Positions 25,147 through 38,010 of a DNA stretch of 64,000 bases are shown in pieces (the stretch's first letter is position 1; the number at the start of each line of letters is the position of its first letter). Under the pieces are notes generated by a model, which saw only the letters and a program-made list of their open reading frames with translations, was not told the origin of the DNA and did not search any database. The position numbers and the translations under genes are program-made. Origin of the DNA: Callorhinchus milii (Eukaryota); assembly GCF_018977255.1 (NCBI RefSeq), contig NW_024704743.1, positions 15,316,001-15,380,000 of the forward strand, in the 5' to 3' direction.

Positions 25147-27440
25147 TGTACATTGAAAATATCACTGACAAAAATGAAAGCTGAGAGAAAATCTCGTGAA
25201 ATATTGGGTACTGGGAAACAAATTTAGATTTTTAAGTAGCAAGAGGGCCCTGAAATTCTTATTTGTCAACATAAATAGGCAATGTTTATGCCTATTTATG
25301 CAAACATAAATCCTATCTTACTGGTATGACAATTTATAAAACTAAAGGTATCAAGCCACTATATGTGTAAAACAAATCCAGCAGTTGGAGCAAACTGTGG
25401 GTCGGTGGTGTCTTAAAGATGATTGGCTTCTAACTGTTCATGCTCATGTGTAAGTGTGATGGGAGTGAAGAGAACCAAACATGTTGTCCACAGACAATGG
25501 CCAAATTCTTTAATACTCTACTAGAATTGAATACTTTGAAGTCCCAAACTGAACTTCAACACATGGTTTGTTAAGATCAAAGGCCTTTGTAAAGGTGTTT
25601 GCAGACCTCTGAAATAGTTTGGGTTCAAAGTCTCACCATGGGGTTAAGTCCAAGCTGTTAAAACACAAATAATCAGTTTTGTCCCATTTCCATAAATCTC
25701 TAAATTCTCCATTATTCATTCTAGGGACATAAGTGAATCTAAGGCCTTGGGCCAAAGAGCAGGTCACCACTGAGAAGATTTCATTAGGAGAGAAACAAAG
25801 CCAGAGGTCTGATTGTAGTGCCCTGCATCTCAAAAAAAAAACTTTTTGGAAAGTAAAACCATTTGTCCGTAATACATTCCTTTTTAAAATTGTATTCATT
25901 ATTTTATTATTGCTTTTGCTGTACATATATAAAAAATAAATGTAGAGATTGCTGGTATATATCCATCCTTATTTTGTGAAAACTAAAGAGCGATTCCCAG
26001 TGTTTATTACAAGGATATAACTATTTTAAATTTGGATACACACACACACACGACTATTAATTCCCACTGCAGACAAACCCTGGACAAGGAAACAGTAATT
26101 ATGAGTTTATTCCATATCTTTAAATTACACTTTAGCAGTATGATTCAAATTGTAATAAGATACACAGAAAAGAGCTGTTATAAATACAACATTGGATAAG
26201 AAATAATCAATTTTGTGCCATTTCTATAAATCTCTAAATTCTCCATTATTCATATTTGGGACATAGGTTTTCTCTGTCTTGATCAGACGGGTTTAAAAAA
26301 TAATTGTTTTCCAGGTAAAGTTGAATGAACATATATTCAGATTGTCAGGTCTTATTACTATGGTTAAATTTAGAACATAAAGGGAATGCTAACACGTACT
26401 GCCTAACACAGCCTGTACAGTGTTCCCTCTGCAAAGATGGTCAGAAAACAGCCATTTTCTGACTACTACATATTGTCTTTTAATGTTAGTATCAAAAATT
26501 ACATTTCTCTATTGCAGTATGCAAATTGAGCTTTTAAAATCAGGGTTAGTCCTAGAAACAAATCATGCCTTATTCATATTCAGATCAAGCTAAATATTTC
26601 AAGTTGCTTTAGACACACAACAAATTATGTTTTCACACAAAAGTACAACTGATTTGTATCCTGTTTAAACAAGATGTCCAACACATTTAGTTGCTAAATC
26701 AAGTACAATGTTCTGAAAATGAAAAATGCAACACCTCTCACGTACTGGATAATGTAAAAAGTGCAGTTTTGTTACTATGTTAACCTAACCACTTTTAATA
26801 TATAGTGCCACCAAACTAACACCCTTTCATTTAATAACACTGCTGTACGCATAGAAATAAATGGTGAAAATGTGAAGCTTCATAACAGATTTGTTATAAT
26901 TATATTACATCAAATCTGAAAATGAAACAACATTTTTCATTCCAAAGAATGATCCCAAACTTTATACCTTTTTGTGATAGGCTGCTGTCTGGGGCCCCAT
27001 TAACCAAATTTATTTTCAATCAGTTACATGCATATTCAAATACCCAACACATTACAATGCAACTGCTTAGCCACGCAGTCTGTAATTTTACCAAACACTG
27101 AATTTGTCACACAAAGGTCATCACTTTGAACGTAACGTGGAGGGGAAGGAATGAAGCATTTATATGGAGTTTATTCAATGGAAGCATTAACAATATGGAT
27201 GAATTTTCATTCTACATTCACAGACCCCTCCCCCAGACTTCCCCTTTCACTCTAGGTCTGGATTTAGACCTTTTTTTCCCCCCCTCCATTTTCCTTGCCA
27301 GTAACAACAAGGTTGACTTGCAGTTACGTAATGGAGTGGTGTAGTGATATCTGCCAAGAGTTTTACCCTAATTAGGAGTCTCAAATCACCACCATCGCCG
27401 TATTAATTTTGAACAACATTTTTGAGGTGAAAGCTTGATG

Positions 27441-27548
27441 TCAAAGGATAACACAGCATCTGCAGAGACGTTGTCCACTACCACCCATTGATGGTGGTGG
27501 GGTAACTGGGGCAAAATAAGCATGAACCTTTATGTCTGGAAGATGGGC
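27441..27548 (-). CDS. FBXL2: FBXL2 last coding exon with CAAX box
   Basis: ttttag|GCC...TGA; AHLPDIKVHAYFAPVTPPPSMGGSGQRLCRCCVIL*; the GQRLCRCCVIL ending and adjacency to UBP1 favour FBXL2 over FBXL20. Confidence 0.95.
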   Translation of the reverse strand, partial: AHLPDIKVHAYFAPVTPPPSMGGSGQRLCRCCVIL

Positions 27549-27649
27549 CTAAAAGAGAAAAATAAATACAGTTAAGTGTTAAGTCTTCTAGTTGCACAAT
27601 CAATCACAAAAAGCTGTACGTTTACTGGTACAATCAAATATTTAAGCAG

Positions 27650-27868
27650 GACCTGTTTCTAATAGTGCCTAAGGGATCTCACTATCCACCTGAACAAGCA
27701 GACGGGATCTCATTTTAACATCTAATCTGAAGGTCAGTATCTCTAAATTAGCAGTGCACCCCCAGCACTCTATTGCAGTATGAGCCGAGACTGAGGCCAG
27801 TCCCTATATGGGGCTCAAACCCCAAACTTTCTGACTCAGGAAAGAGTTCTACCAACTGAGCCAGGCTA
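27650..27868 (-). mobile_element. Older Deu-domain-type SINE fragment
   Basis: Reverse complement of tRNA-like head (gctcagttggtag...ctgagtcagaaagtttggggtttgagcccc) and central block like 23817. Confidence 0.6.
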
Positions 27869-28181
27869 ACAAGACTTTGTCAAACTCAGTCTTTGTGGTA
27901 AATTTGTGGTCATATGAAGCATCAGTTGGGTTCGGTTCCCCCCATGGAATCCTGAACATTTCAATGAGATCTCTCCTACTAAACAGTCTTTGTTTCAGTC
28001 TGCTCACAGGGACCTGGGTTAAAGCTCTTAAAAGCTGAGGCAACTGCAGCATTGCCCGCAAGATGTAGCAACTCAGACCAAACAAACCTGGTATTTTTGC
28101 TTGGCATTTTTCCTGTTACATTTCCTCCTAGAATCATTGAGCAAGTCTTGTTTTACTCTAAAAATTAAAAAATGTTTTTAC

Positions 28182-28394
28182 CCGAATTCTTTTGATTCCT
28201 GCCCGAGTGACTTGTTGACAATCATACAACTCTATTCTTTCGAGGTTATGACAGTTCTTCAGGTGTTCAAGGGTCACATCGGTAATGAGGGGACAATTGT
28301 CAAGTTCTACAACCTCGAGTCTTTCATGGCCACATGGACTGTTGCTTAGGTGGCGAATACCGTCATCCGTAATTAATTCACAGTGAGATAAACT
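28182..28394 (-). CDS. FBXL2: FBXL2 coding exon (LRRs)
   Basis: ttgcag|AGT...CGG|gtaaaa; SLSHCELITDDGIRHLSNSPCGHERLEVVELDNCPLITDVTLEHLKNCHNLERIELYDCQQVTRAGIKRIR; 213 nt. Confidence 0.96.
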
Positions 28395-29346
28395 CTGCAA
28401 GACAAAAACCAAGACATGAACATAAATGTTTCCGCTTTAAAAATATACCAGGGAGATCAGTACCATCCGTTTGTTTGCATCATATATACTGGCCTCACGA
28501 GTGTTTCAGAACATTTTTCTTCACAGACCTTTCTTACATACCAGATGAATGCTTTACCCAAACTCAAGAGATAGGAGACACCAAATAAAAATTCAAAGGG
28601 ATGCACACCAAGCTGAACCTCATCTACAAACCAAAATTTCTCTGTTGTGAAACAGTTGAGAATATTTATAAATAAAGTACCTGGGCAATAGTGATCCAGA
28701 TTACATCAAATAAATAACCATTTCAGCTAACTATAGGATCAGAATATCAAGCACTCAATTAGCCAGGTTTAATGTTCATCTGGCATGTTAAATACATTAC
28801 CTGGTAATGGAGCAGTGCGTCACAACACAAGGAGCTACCACCTTTGATCTCCTTGTCTGTGTTACATTAACTGAACTAGGGGGCACTGTAATTAACCTCA
28901 GTCTAGGTTTGTAAGAGGAGGAACAACAAAGCCCACTCCTAATCACCATCGATTTACTTGTCCTGTAAAATGTGGGTGTGGACAAGTCAATCAGGACAGA
29001 ATCATACTCATCTAATGATGGCCCCAATGACTGAGGTGGCTGTCTAAGCTCACCGGTGAAAAACAGCCATTTGGATAAGATTCTGGGAAACAACCAGTAC
29101 ATTTAGACCTGTATACTGACATCATTCTGAGTCCGTGCTTTCAGGCTATCGATGAAAATGGATGAAACCTTTTTTTCTAAAAAAAACTTATTTTGCAACA
29201 ATTCTTTTGCCTTCTTTCTCTAAACTTTATTTTATGCACATTTCATAAATGGCTCCTAAACCAACACCGTTGCTCACCCTTTTCATGTTTTAAGAGCAGA
29301 ATACCATTGGTTGTGTGCCTACATTTTTTCACTTAAGAGTCTAGGT

Positions 29347-29360
29347 TGCCATCTAGTGGA
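29347..29360 (-). promoter_or_regulatory. Candidate CTCF site
   Basis: Minus strand TCCACTAGATGGCA matches the CTCF core consensus; motif match only. Confidence 0.4.
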
Positions 29361-30229
29361 AAGCACTTGTAGTTGCACATTCAAGAAAAAGGTTAGACTA
29401 TTTTTTCATCTGCACCTAGACCTGGCAACATTTTTCATCTGAAAGATTAAAAGACTGCTGAACAGTAATACTTTAGTACATTGGAACTGAATTTGCAAGA
29501 TTTGCAAAAGATTTGTAAATTGAGGATGCAGTAACTCAAACTCAGGCAGTTGAAACTTTGATCAGTGTTTGAGCAGAGTTCCATAGGTTCAGGCCTGACA
29601 CATCTGAGGTAATTGCCCGTAGGATTAATTATCTATAAATTATTTTGCGAATCTCACAAATTAGACCCTTTTTTATCCAAAGGCAAAGAAAGGTTTCTTA
29701 TAAGAAATATTCTTTTTCATCAATTACTGATCAAAATATATTTGGACTACAAATCCAAATCAAAGGTTACACATTCAACAATTGCAGTTTGGATTTTCCT
29801 AAAGGCACACAAAACAGTGAGCCACACTCAAAACTTCTCTCAATCAAAAACACCCCAATAGAAACTGCTTGCAGTATAACTAAGTCTTTGCTGTAAATTA
29901 CTCCCCTTCGCCAATATGATTCTGCAGACATAACTTGCTATATAAGAACATATTATTGTATCAAGTTCATAACTTAATATAAAAATCTCAACAAAACACA
30001 TGGTCAGTTCCTAAAATGGCCATTCTTGAAAATAATGAAACATTAATTCAAACAATCTTGGTCAAAGTTAAGTTTTCAGGTTATATAAGTGTTTCCAGAT
30101 GGATAGATAGGTGGATGAAGTGATAGAAATCTCCATCATACATCCTCATCCCTTTCCATAACGTAGAAAAAAAGTCTAAAAACCTAATATACAATTGAAA
30201 TGATGGAATTACAAAATCTATCAACTCAC

Positions 30230-30286
30230 CAATGCCTGTAAATAAGGGCAGTGAATAGACAGCTGAATCAACGTGTTGTCTGTGAT
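30230..30286 (-). CDS. FBXL2: FBXL2 coding exon (LRR)
   Basis: ctatag|ATC...TTG|gtgagt; ITDNTLIQLSIHCPYLQAL; 57 nt. Confidence 0.94.
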
Positions 30287-30601
30287 CTATAGGGAGGTAC
30301 AAAGATATTTTTCAAACAAAACAATTTTTTTAGAGACATATAAAGTTATAAATTGGTGAAAAATATATTTTCAGTACCAACAAAGAGTTCCTTCTAACAA
30401 ATTTATATATAAACTATTAGACAATACTGGGGTAATTCAACCAATAAAAGCATCTGAACATACAGTGAATAAAAGGTCTCGGTTATCCCTGAAATACTTT
30501 CATTACATACCTGGAGAAGACATAGTGGACATTTTAAACAATGATATTACATAGACTATGTACCACAGAAGCAGGCCACTTCGCCCAGTGAGTTTATACC
30601 G

Positions 30602-30930
30602 GGTCCTGTAGGGCTGTGGTTAGCCCAGGTTTGATTCCCAGGAGGGGAGAAGCCTTAAGCACGTTTCCTTACACCACGCCTATGTTTACCTAGCAGTAAG
30701 TAGAACCCGGATGTTCAGCGCTTGGCAGATCACTTTCCAGGGGTAATAATCCTTCCAAAAAATAAATATTTAACTCAATCCACGACTTTCTGGGACGCTA
30801 CTGTGCACAATTGGCTGTTGCGTTTCATCCACAAAATATACAGCGAATTCACTTTACAATATATACAATGAAGCACTTTGAGACAATGTGATAAGGTTCT
30901 AAATCAGATGCAAGATTTATTATTATTATT
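30602..30930 (+). mobile_element. tRNA-derived SINE, long subfamily (diverged)
   Basis: gtcctgtag head, tgtttacctagcagtaagtagaacccgg central block, (TTA)n tail. Confidence 0.8.
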
Positions 30931-31854
30931 TCTCCATATGAGCCTCTACCCTTCCTAATTTATTTTCCCGTACTCCTCTACTTTAACCACATATTCCAGT
31001 AGCAAGTTCTACACTCTCAACAACAACAAATCACATTTAAAGAAGTTCCTCTTAAACTTCTTTACAGAACTGCTTGTGGTTACCTTTATATGTCCCCTTG
31101 TTTTGGACTCACTGACCAGTGGAAAACGACTACTAATGTGCACCTTTTCAAATCCTTTCAGAATTTTAAACATGTTTATCAGGCTCAATTATCTAATTTT
31201 CAGAGAGAAAACTCAAACTAAATATTGCATAATAGCTTTCTTGATAGCTGTATCACCCTAATGAATCTATGCTGCCATGCTTTCCATTGCTATAAAATCC
31301 TTCATAGTAACCAAAGCTGAATAAGGTATTCTGAATTGGTCTAATTATGTCTTTGTATAAATATAAATTATTTCCCTCCCCGTGTGAAGCCAAACAACAT
31401 TGATGTTGTTTTTATACTGTGTTTTTTTTTGCACAATTCACTGCGAAAAGTGGAATGTAAATTAGGGGTGAGCGATGCGCTTTTGGAACAAATTGCTCTG
31501 GCAGCATATCAATTCACACTGTTCAAATATAATTGCAGTAAGTGCAAATCTATTGCACCCAAATAAACTGCATTCAAAGTTCTTGAGTGGCCCTTGGCTA
31601 TTTGGGCCTCTCAAGAACAGTCAAGGAACCTTTTTTAAGTGAACGTTATGTAAGAGCTGCCAACTATTTCAAGTGGATGTTGGTTACTCTTTTTTGTGTC
31701 ATACAAAGGCAATGGCCATTTCCAAAAACGTTCCCCTCATGGCATACTTTAGTGCAAGCACGATACAAATATTGAATAATCAACAACTTGCATTTATACA
31801 GCACCCCTCATGCAGGATAGCATCCCAGAGCGCTAATCATAGGTGGAAGATGAA

Positions 31855-33784
31855 GTGGTTCATCGGACTTAATGGTCCATCGGCAGATCTGGCTGGACCT
31901 CATCAAATCCTACCACCGCCCTCGCCTCCACTAAATCGTCATTCTACTCCAAGACAACCTTGGAGGCCAAAACAACCCGATTCCTCCGTCCACCCTCTCC
32001 ACATCTTGCCCATCCTCACCTCCAATGCCAACTGCGAGGCAATGCTGGACTTCCTCGAATCCAAAGTTGAGGGGATCCGCTCAGCTGCCTCTGCCCATCC
32101 GTCTAAGACCCCCTTCCACTTTCCCTCCTACACATCCCACCCTCCACACTATTGAACTTATCTCCCACTCCTCTCTCACCACCACTATAACCCACATGAA
32201 ACCAAACACCTGCTCCCTCGACCCCATCCCTACCCCTCTCCTTACCTCCCAGCTCCACCTCCTTGTCCCTCTACTCACAGACATCATAAACCTCTCCCTG
32301 TCCACTCGTACTGTTCCCACCCCATTAAAAATGGCCGTCATCACTTTTGACCTCAAAAAACCCTCCCTGGACCCATGACTGCTCTCAAATTACTGCCCCA
32401 TCTCCAACCTCCCTTTCCAAGGTCCTGGAAGGAGTTGTTGCTTCCCAGCTTCGCTCCTTCCTCTCCCGCAACTCCCTTCACAAACCCCTCCAATCGGGTT
32501 TCCGTACCGCCCACAGCACAGAAACAGCTCTGGTCAAATGACATTCTACATCTGCAAGCAGGGCTCCCTCTGCCTCCTCGACCTCTCTGCTTCCTTCAAC
32601 AACATTCACCACTCTATCCTCATCCACCACCTCTTCTCTCACCTCAACCTTCACGGCTCTGCACTTGACTGGTTCAGATTGTACCTCTCACACCACCTCC
32701 ACTTCATCTCCACAAATGGTTTCTCCTCTAGCTCCTGCACCATCTAATGCGGTGTTCCTCAGGGCTCTGTCCTTGATCCCCTCCTCTTAAATATCTATAT
32801 GCTCCCCCTTGGTGTCATCATCCACAGACATGGGGTCAACATATATGCGGATGACACCCAACTCTCTCTCTCTGCCTACACCTTCGACTCCAGGACCACT
32901 GTTGTGCTGATAGAATGTCTGTCAGACATCAAGTCCTGGATGAGAGCTAACTTTCTTCAGTTGAACGTCAACAAGACCGAGGCTCTCCTGATTGGCTCCC
33001 GTCAACGCCTCCACACCTCAGGCACTGACAGCATCACCATCCAAGGATGCACACTCCACCTCACTAATTCAGTCCGGAACTTTGGTGTCTTGTTTGACCC
33101 TCAACTATCCTTCCTTTCTACCACACATCCATGTCATGACCCACTCTGCCTTCCCCCACCTCCGCCACACCACAGGCTGCCGAAACCCTCATACATGCTT
33201 TCATTACATTGAGGTTTGGCTATGCAAACTCCTTGCTTGTTGGCCTCCCCAACTCCTCCCTCCATAGGCTGCAGATCATCCAGAACTCTGCAGCTGGTGT
33301 CCTGTCTCGCACCAGCCTCCATGACCCTATCACTCCAATGCTTGCCCGACTCCACTGGTTTCTCATCATACAGAGGATACAGTTCAAGAGCCTGGTCATC
33401 AGCTTCATGGTCTTGCTCCCTCCTACCTCTGCGACCTCCTAATCCCCTACCATCCTGCCTGCTCCCTCCGCTCAGCGGGCTCCGTCTCGCTTCATGTCCC
33501 CCGCCTCACCTGCCCCACCATTGGCGGGCGGGCCTTTGCCATTCTGCCCCCATCCTCTTGAACTCCAACCTGCAATCACTCCACATCCTCCCTTGCCTCC
33601 TTCAAGACCCATCTCAAGACACTCTCCTTCGACTGTACTTTTGATCACCCTGCTTCCCCCCTGCCTTCCACCCTCTTCAATCCCAAGCCACAGTTCGGGC
33701 CTGAAACCCTGTCTGTTCAGCGCCTTGGGACGTCCTCCCAACATGAAACGCGCTATACAAATGTAATTTTGTTGTTGTTGTTGT
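31855..33784 (+). mobile_element. 5'-truncated L2 LINE with frameshifted RT
   Basis: [40 protein letters not shown]; tail cagcgccttgggacgtcctcccaacatgaaacgcgct...(TTG)n. Confidence 0.92.
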
Positions 33785-34967
33785 CATCCATTGCAGGTAA
33801 GCTATGGTTACAATTGTTGCAGATTGCTTGTGTAACAAAAGCTTTCATTTATATAGTACCATTCAAGGTTAATGCTTCGGAACACTGTACAAAGATAGTG
33901 TTGAACGCTGAGCAAGGGAGATGGGGAGAGGAAAAGGTGGCCACATAGGGGCAGTTGAGAGGTTGGTTTTAAGGCAGGACTTAAAGAGAGGGGCATGATG
34001 GAGGGAGGGGGTTCCCAACATTAGGGCCACTAACGAAACATAAGGAAATTGATAAGCAGCAAGTATTAGTTTGTCGAGTGGAGGGAGCAAACAGAGGAGT
34101 GGGTAGAAGGAATTTATAGGCAAGTGACAACCATGAAACTGATCTGCTGGGAGCCGATAGAGCTTGGCTAGAATTGGATAATAGGCTTGAGGAGTTTGGT
34201 GTGAATGGGAATGCGAGCAGTGGAGAATTTAAGATCAAGTGGATTAGAAAAATCGAGCCAGGATGTGATGAAAGCATGAATGTGTGCACATCCTGTGTGC
34301 TGTGAACCTGTCTGCACTCCTCACTAAGAGAGCAGAGGATGGGGGGGGGGGTTCAAGACCCCACTTGCAACTGTGCCTTGCAAAGGGCGGCAGAACCCCG
34401 AGTCGAGGAAGCTTTGGTCCCTCCAGCTAAGTGGAGCGCGCACAGGCAAACCTCCGTACCCCCATCCCCCAGCCACAAGGGGCAAAGTCTATTGTGTCCT
34501 GTAATGGGATAATAACATGTTGTACTTTCCTCTATGATGGGTGTTGAGATTTTCTGAGAAAAGGGTAAATATATATCCACAAATAAATATATATTTTGTT
34601 AAAAAAGCGTTTCAGCAGGATTTGAAATAAGATAGGGTCAAAGAAGGGGTCATGGCAGAGGTGGCGGAAGGCAGTCCTGCTTCAGGGATGGATGTGGGGT
34701 AGGAAGGATAACTAGGGATTAAACCTGATGCGAGGGAGGTGTATGGGTTTGGTGAGTCTGAGAGATAGGCAGGAAGTTTAAGGAGTTCAGAACCACAGGT
34801 GAGAAGACGTTAATGGGAGCCAAGGCTTCTGTCTTGTCCATGCACTCAGTCTCTCCACAAAGTACAAAAAAAGTGTTTTAGCTTTAACACCAGAACAGGT
34901 ACAATAAAAAGTCTATCATTAAAGAGTCCAGATTGCTGTAGAACGACTCAAATAATAATATCCTTAC

Positions 34968-35012
34968 CAGAATACACTCCTCCAGATCCATCTTTTCAAG
35001 TTCATGACAGCT
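34968..35012 (-). CDS. FBXL2: FBXL2 coding exon (LRR)
   Basis: ttccag|AGC...CTG|gtaagg; SCHELEKMDLEECIL; 45 nt. Confidence 0.94.
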
Positions 35013-35967
35013 CTGGAACATATTTCAACATATGGCATTTGAATCACAGAATATTATGGGACAGAAACGAGTCATTTTCCCCATAACATCTGTACTGGTG
35101 TTTATTCCCACATGATTTACCCTAAAAGAATCCAATCCAATTCTCATGCTTTCTCCTCATATCCTTTATATTCCTGGCAGAGAATTCCACATTCAAACCA
35201 AACATTTTTTTCCCCTTTTGTGATCCTCTTAAATTTAAGTAAAATTACTCATTATTCAGTCACCGTGACTGGTGGAATATAAGTTTCAGAACATTAGCAA
35301 ACATTTATACGCTTATAATCTTCAATTCCTCGCATTTTGATAGAACTATTAAAATTGTTTTAGGCTTGTGTTGCAAGCTAAAAATTTAAAAAGACCTCCT
35401 TCCATTATAAAGATATTTAAGGATAAAGTATACACATATTATATATATGTAATATTATATGAACATCATATGCACTATGTGTAAACTAGGTGCAAACGTA
35501 TTATAAATCATCTTAAGTGCCTGTGCATAGAGGTAATAAGAAAATGATTGTTAATGACATAATACATATTTTTCACTGGATGTTAATTATACGCACCTGG
35601 CTTAAAGATACATAATATACATGTGCACAATACAATATACACAATATAGTAATCCCCTGTCTTATTGGATTCTGGAGCACGTCAGACTGGGCCCAAACCT
35701 TTCACCATGCTTGCTGGCCTTCAGTGGCCAGGGATAATGACTTTGACTAAGTTTGAATCCTGCGAGCAGAAGATAGCTTATTCACTATTCTGCAGTATTC
35801 CAACAATTACAATGCCAGTGTTAGTGTTTGTGTATACTGTATCCTAAACTATCTTAATAGTGGAAAGATGATCCTCAATTTTCAGATATTTTTGTATTCT
35901 ATAGATCTCATAACTAAAATATTTAAAACTTTGCAAACCAAAGCCAGATTTTACCCAGGACACTTAC

Positions 35968-36028
35968 CCTGGCTAATATTGTAAAACCAGCATCTGTCAA
36001 ATGTGAACACCGTGCTACCTCCAAGATC
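35968..36028 (-). CDS. FBXL2: FBXL2 coding exon (LRR)
   Basis: tttcag|G ATC...AGG|gtaagt; (K)ILEVARCSHLTDAGFTILAR; 61 nt, phase 2-0. Confidence 0.94.
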
Positions 36029-36681
36029 CTGAAAGAATAACGCAGCTCTCATAAACCAATTCTAATCTCAGTCCAAAAACATGAAAGCTATATATCAAAT
36101 CTGTTGCACATCATTATACTGCACAACTTGCACCTTCTTATTTTCTTCTCATCCCCATCATTTTTCCACTTCATCACAGATTTATTTTGCTTTTTAATAG
36201 TTATACAGGAATTTGATGCTTTCTTACTGCTGTCTTACTCATTTTTTGTCTTTTCCATAATGACTGTTTACGCTTCACAATTGCTAATGAACCATCAGTT
36301 GCCTTTGTGTGCATTATTAACTTTTTTTCCCCCCTCTCACCTTGTCCTCTTATCCACTTAAGGAGCTTTTGCAGCCCACTATTTCAGCCCTGAAGAAGGG
36401 TTGTACTCTTGCTGGTTAATTTGCTGTGAATATCCACCATTTAAAAATGTTATTTCAGAATTCCAGCATATTTTTCTCTTTATGTATGAAAGTACAGTAT
36501 TTTAATACTGCACATTGTCAGCCTTGTTTAAATTTTACATTAAGTATTCACCGGCACACTGATATCCTCTACCTTGAAATTCAATATTACAAAAAAAAAT
36601 TGTTTTGGTAAGTTCATGTGCAGTTTCAGTGCTGATGTGCAAGTTATTAAAAAGACTACTTTGAATTGTTGCTACAATTAC

Positions 36682-37215
36682 AACAACAAATTGCATTTAT
36701 ATAGTGCCACTCATGTCGGGATGATGTCCCAAGGTGCTGGAGAGTCAAGGGTTTGCAGCTGGCAGTTGGAATTGAAAGAGGTGGGGGCCATAGGGGATGG
36801 GGGTTGTAAGTTGACTGAAGGCATGGCTTAAGGGGAAGATCTTGAGACAGGCCTTGAAAGAGCTAAGGGAGGGACGAGACGAAGGGAATCTGGGATCGAG
36901 TTCCAGAGGGGGCAGAAGGTCTGAAGGCCGATTGGACATGGAGCAGCCCAGTACCCACTAAGTGGGAGCAGGAAGGTTGGTAAGGTATTAGTAGATTGGA
37001 GGTAGGGAGGAGCAAGACCATGGAGGACTTTGAAAGTAAGGACGAGGATCTTAAACTATGTCCCCCGGGGGATGGGGGTGATTGGTTTATGAAGCCTGGA
37101 GCGGGAGAGAACACAAGCTGCAGAGTTGTAAATAATCTGCAGTTTGTGAAGGAAACGCTGGGATGTCCAGTGAGCAGGGAGTAAGTATTTTCAAGCCTGC
37201 ACATAATGAAAGCAG
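36682..37215 (-). mobile_element. Older L2 3' fragment
   Basis: Reverse-complement tail caacaacaaattgcatttatatagtgcc; FKACLK and IMCRLENTYSLL motifs. Confidence 0.75.
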
Positions 37216-37288
37216 GAACAATTTTAGATTTCATCACAAAACAGAGTTCAATTCAGTTTTACTACAGATTATGATAATTCATACTCAC

Positions 37289-37419
37289 TTTAGTCTGGGG
37301 CAGTTCAGTCCCAATGCAGTTACAGAAGCATCAGTAATGTTTCCACATCCAGACACACAAAGGAACTGAAGTTTATGACAGCCTCTGCAAACGCTTACTA
37401 AACCATCATCTGTGATTTG
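37289..37419 (-). CDS. FBXL2: FBXL2 coding exon (LRRs)
   Basis: ttgcag|CAA...AA|gtgagt; QITDDGLVSVCRGCHKLQFLCVSGCGNITDASVTALGLNCPRL(K); 131 nt, phase 0-2. Confidence 0.95.
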
Positions 37420-38010
37420 CTGCAAAACAAGCAAAGTTTTAAAATTAAGAAGACTCCTAATCTCTTGGTTAGAAATTAATTAAAAATCCTCTCTGGTGAT
37501 GAGAATATAACAAACTCACCATTGACAAATTGTGAGATGGGTTTTAACCTTATCAATAGTAAACATTTCAGTAAATTACAACAATTCTGATAACGGATTT
37601 AAAAAATGATCAACTGACTTTGGTAATGGCTTCAATGATGCACGTAACTTAATCAAGCTTAGGAAACTGATAACACTCTTAGTAATCTAAAATCAACCCC
37701 ACTTCACAACAAATATTCAGAAAGTCTTATAATACAGCAACAATTAAAAATTAAATTTAATAAAATGCAGAATATATAGGACCAAATACTTTTTATTCAA
37801 ATGACAAAAGAAAATGCTTAGATTAATTTTTTTTAAAAAATTCAGAATTGATGCCCATATGATGACCAATTGAAAATTATGGTAATTAAAACAGTATATT
37901 TATCCATTTAAATTATTATTTAATAGTCAACGATAGCACAAGCCATGCACAAATGGATTACACAATGGCTCGAGATTCTATCAGGAGAAGTCAACCATAC
38001 AGCAAACAGA

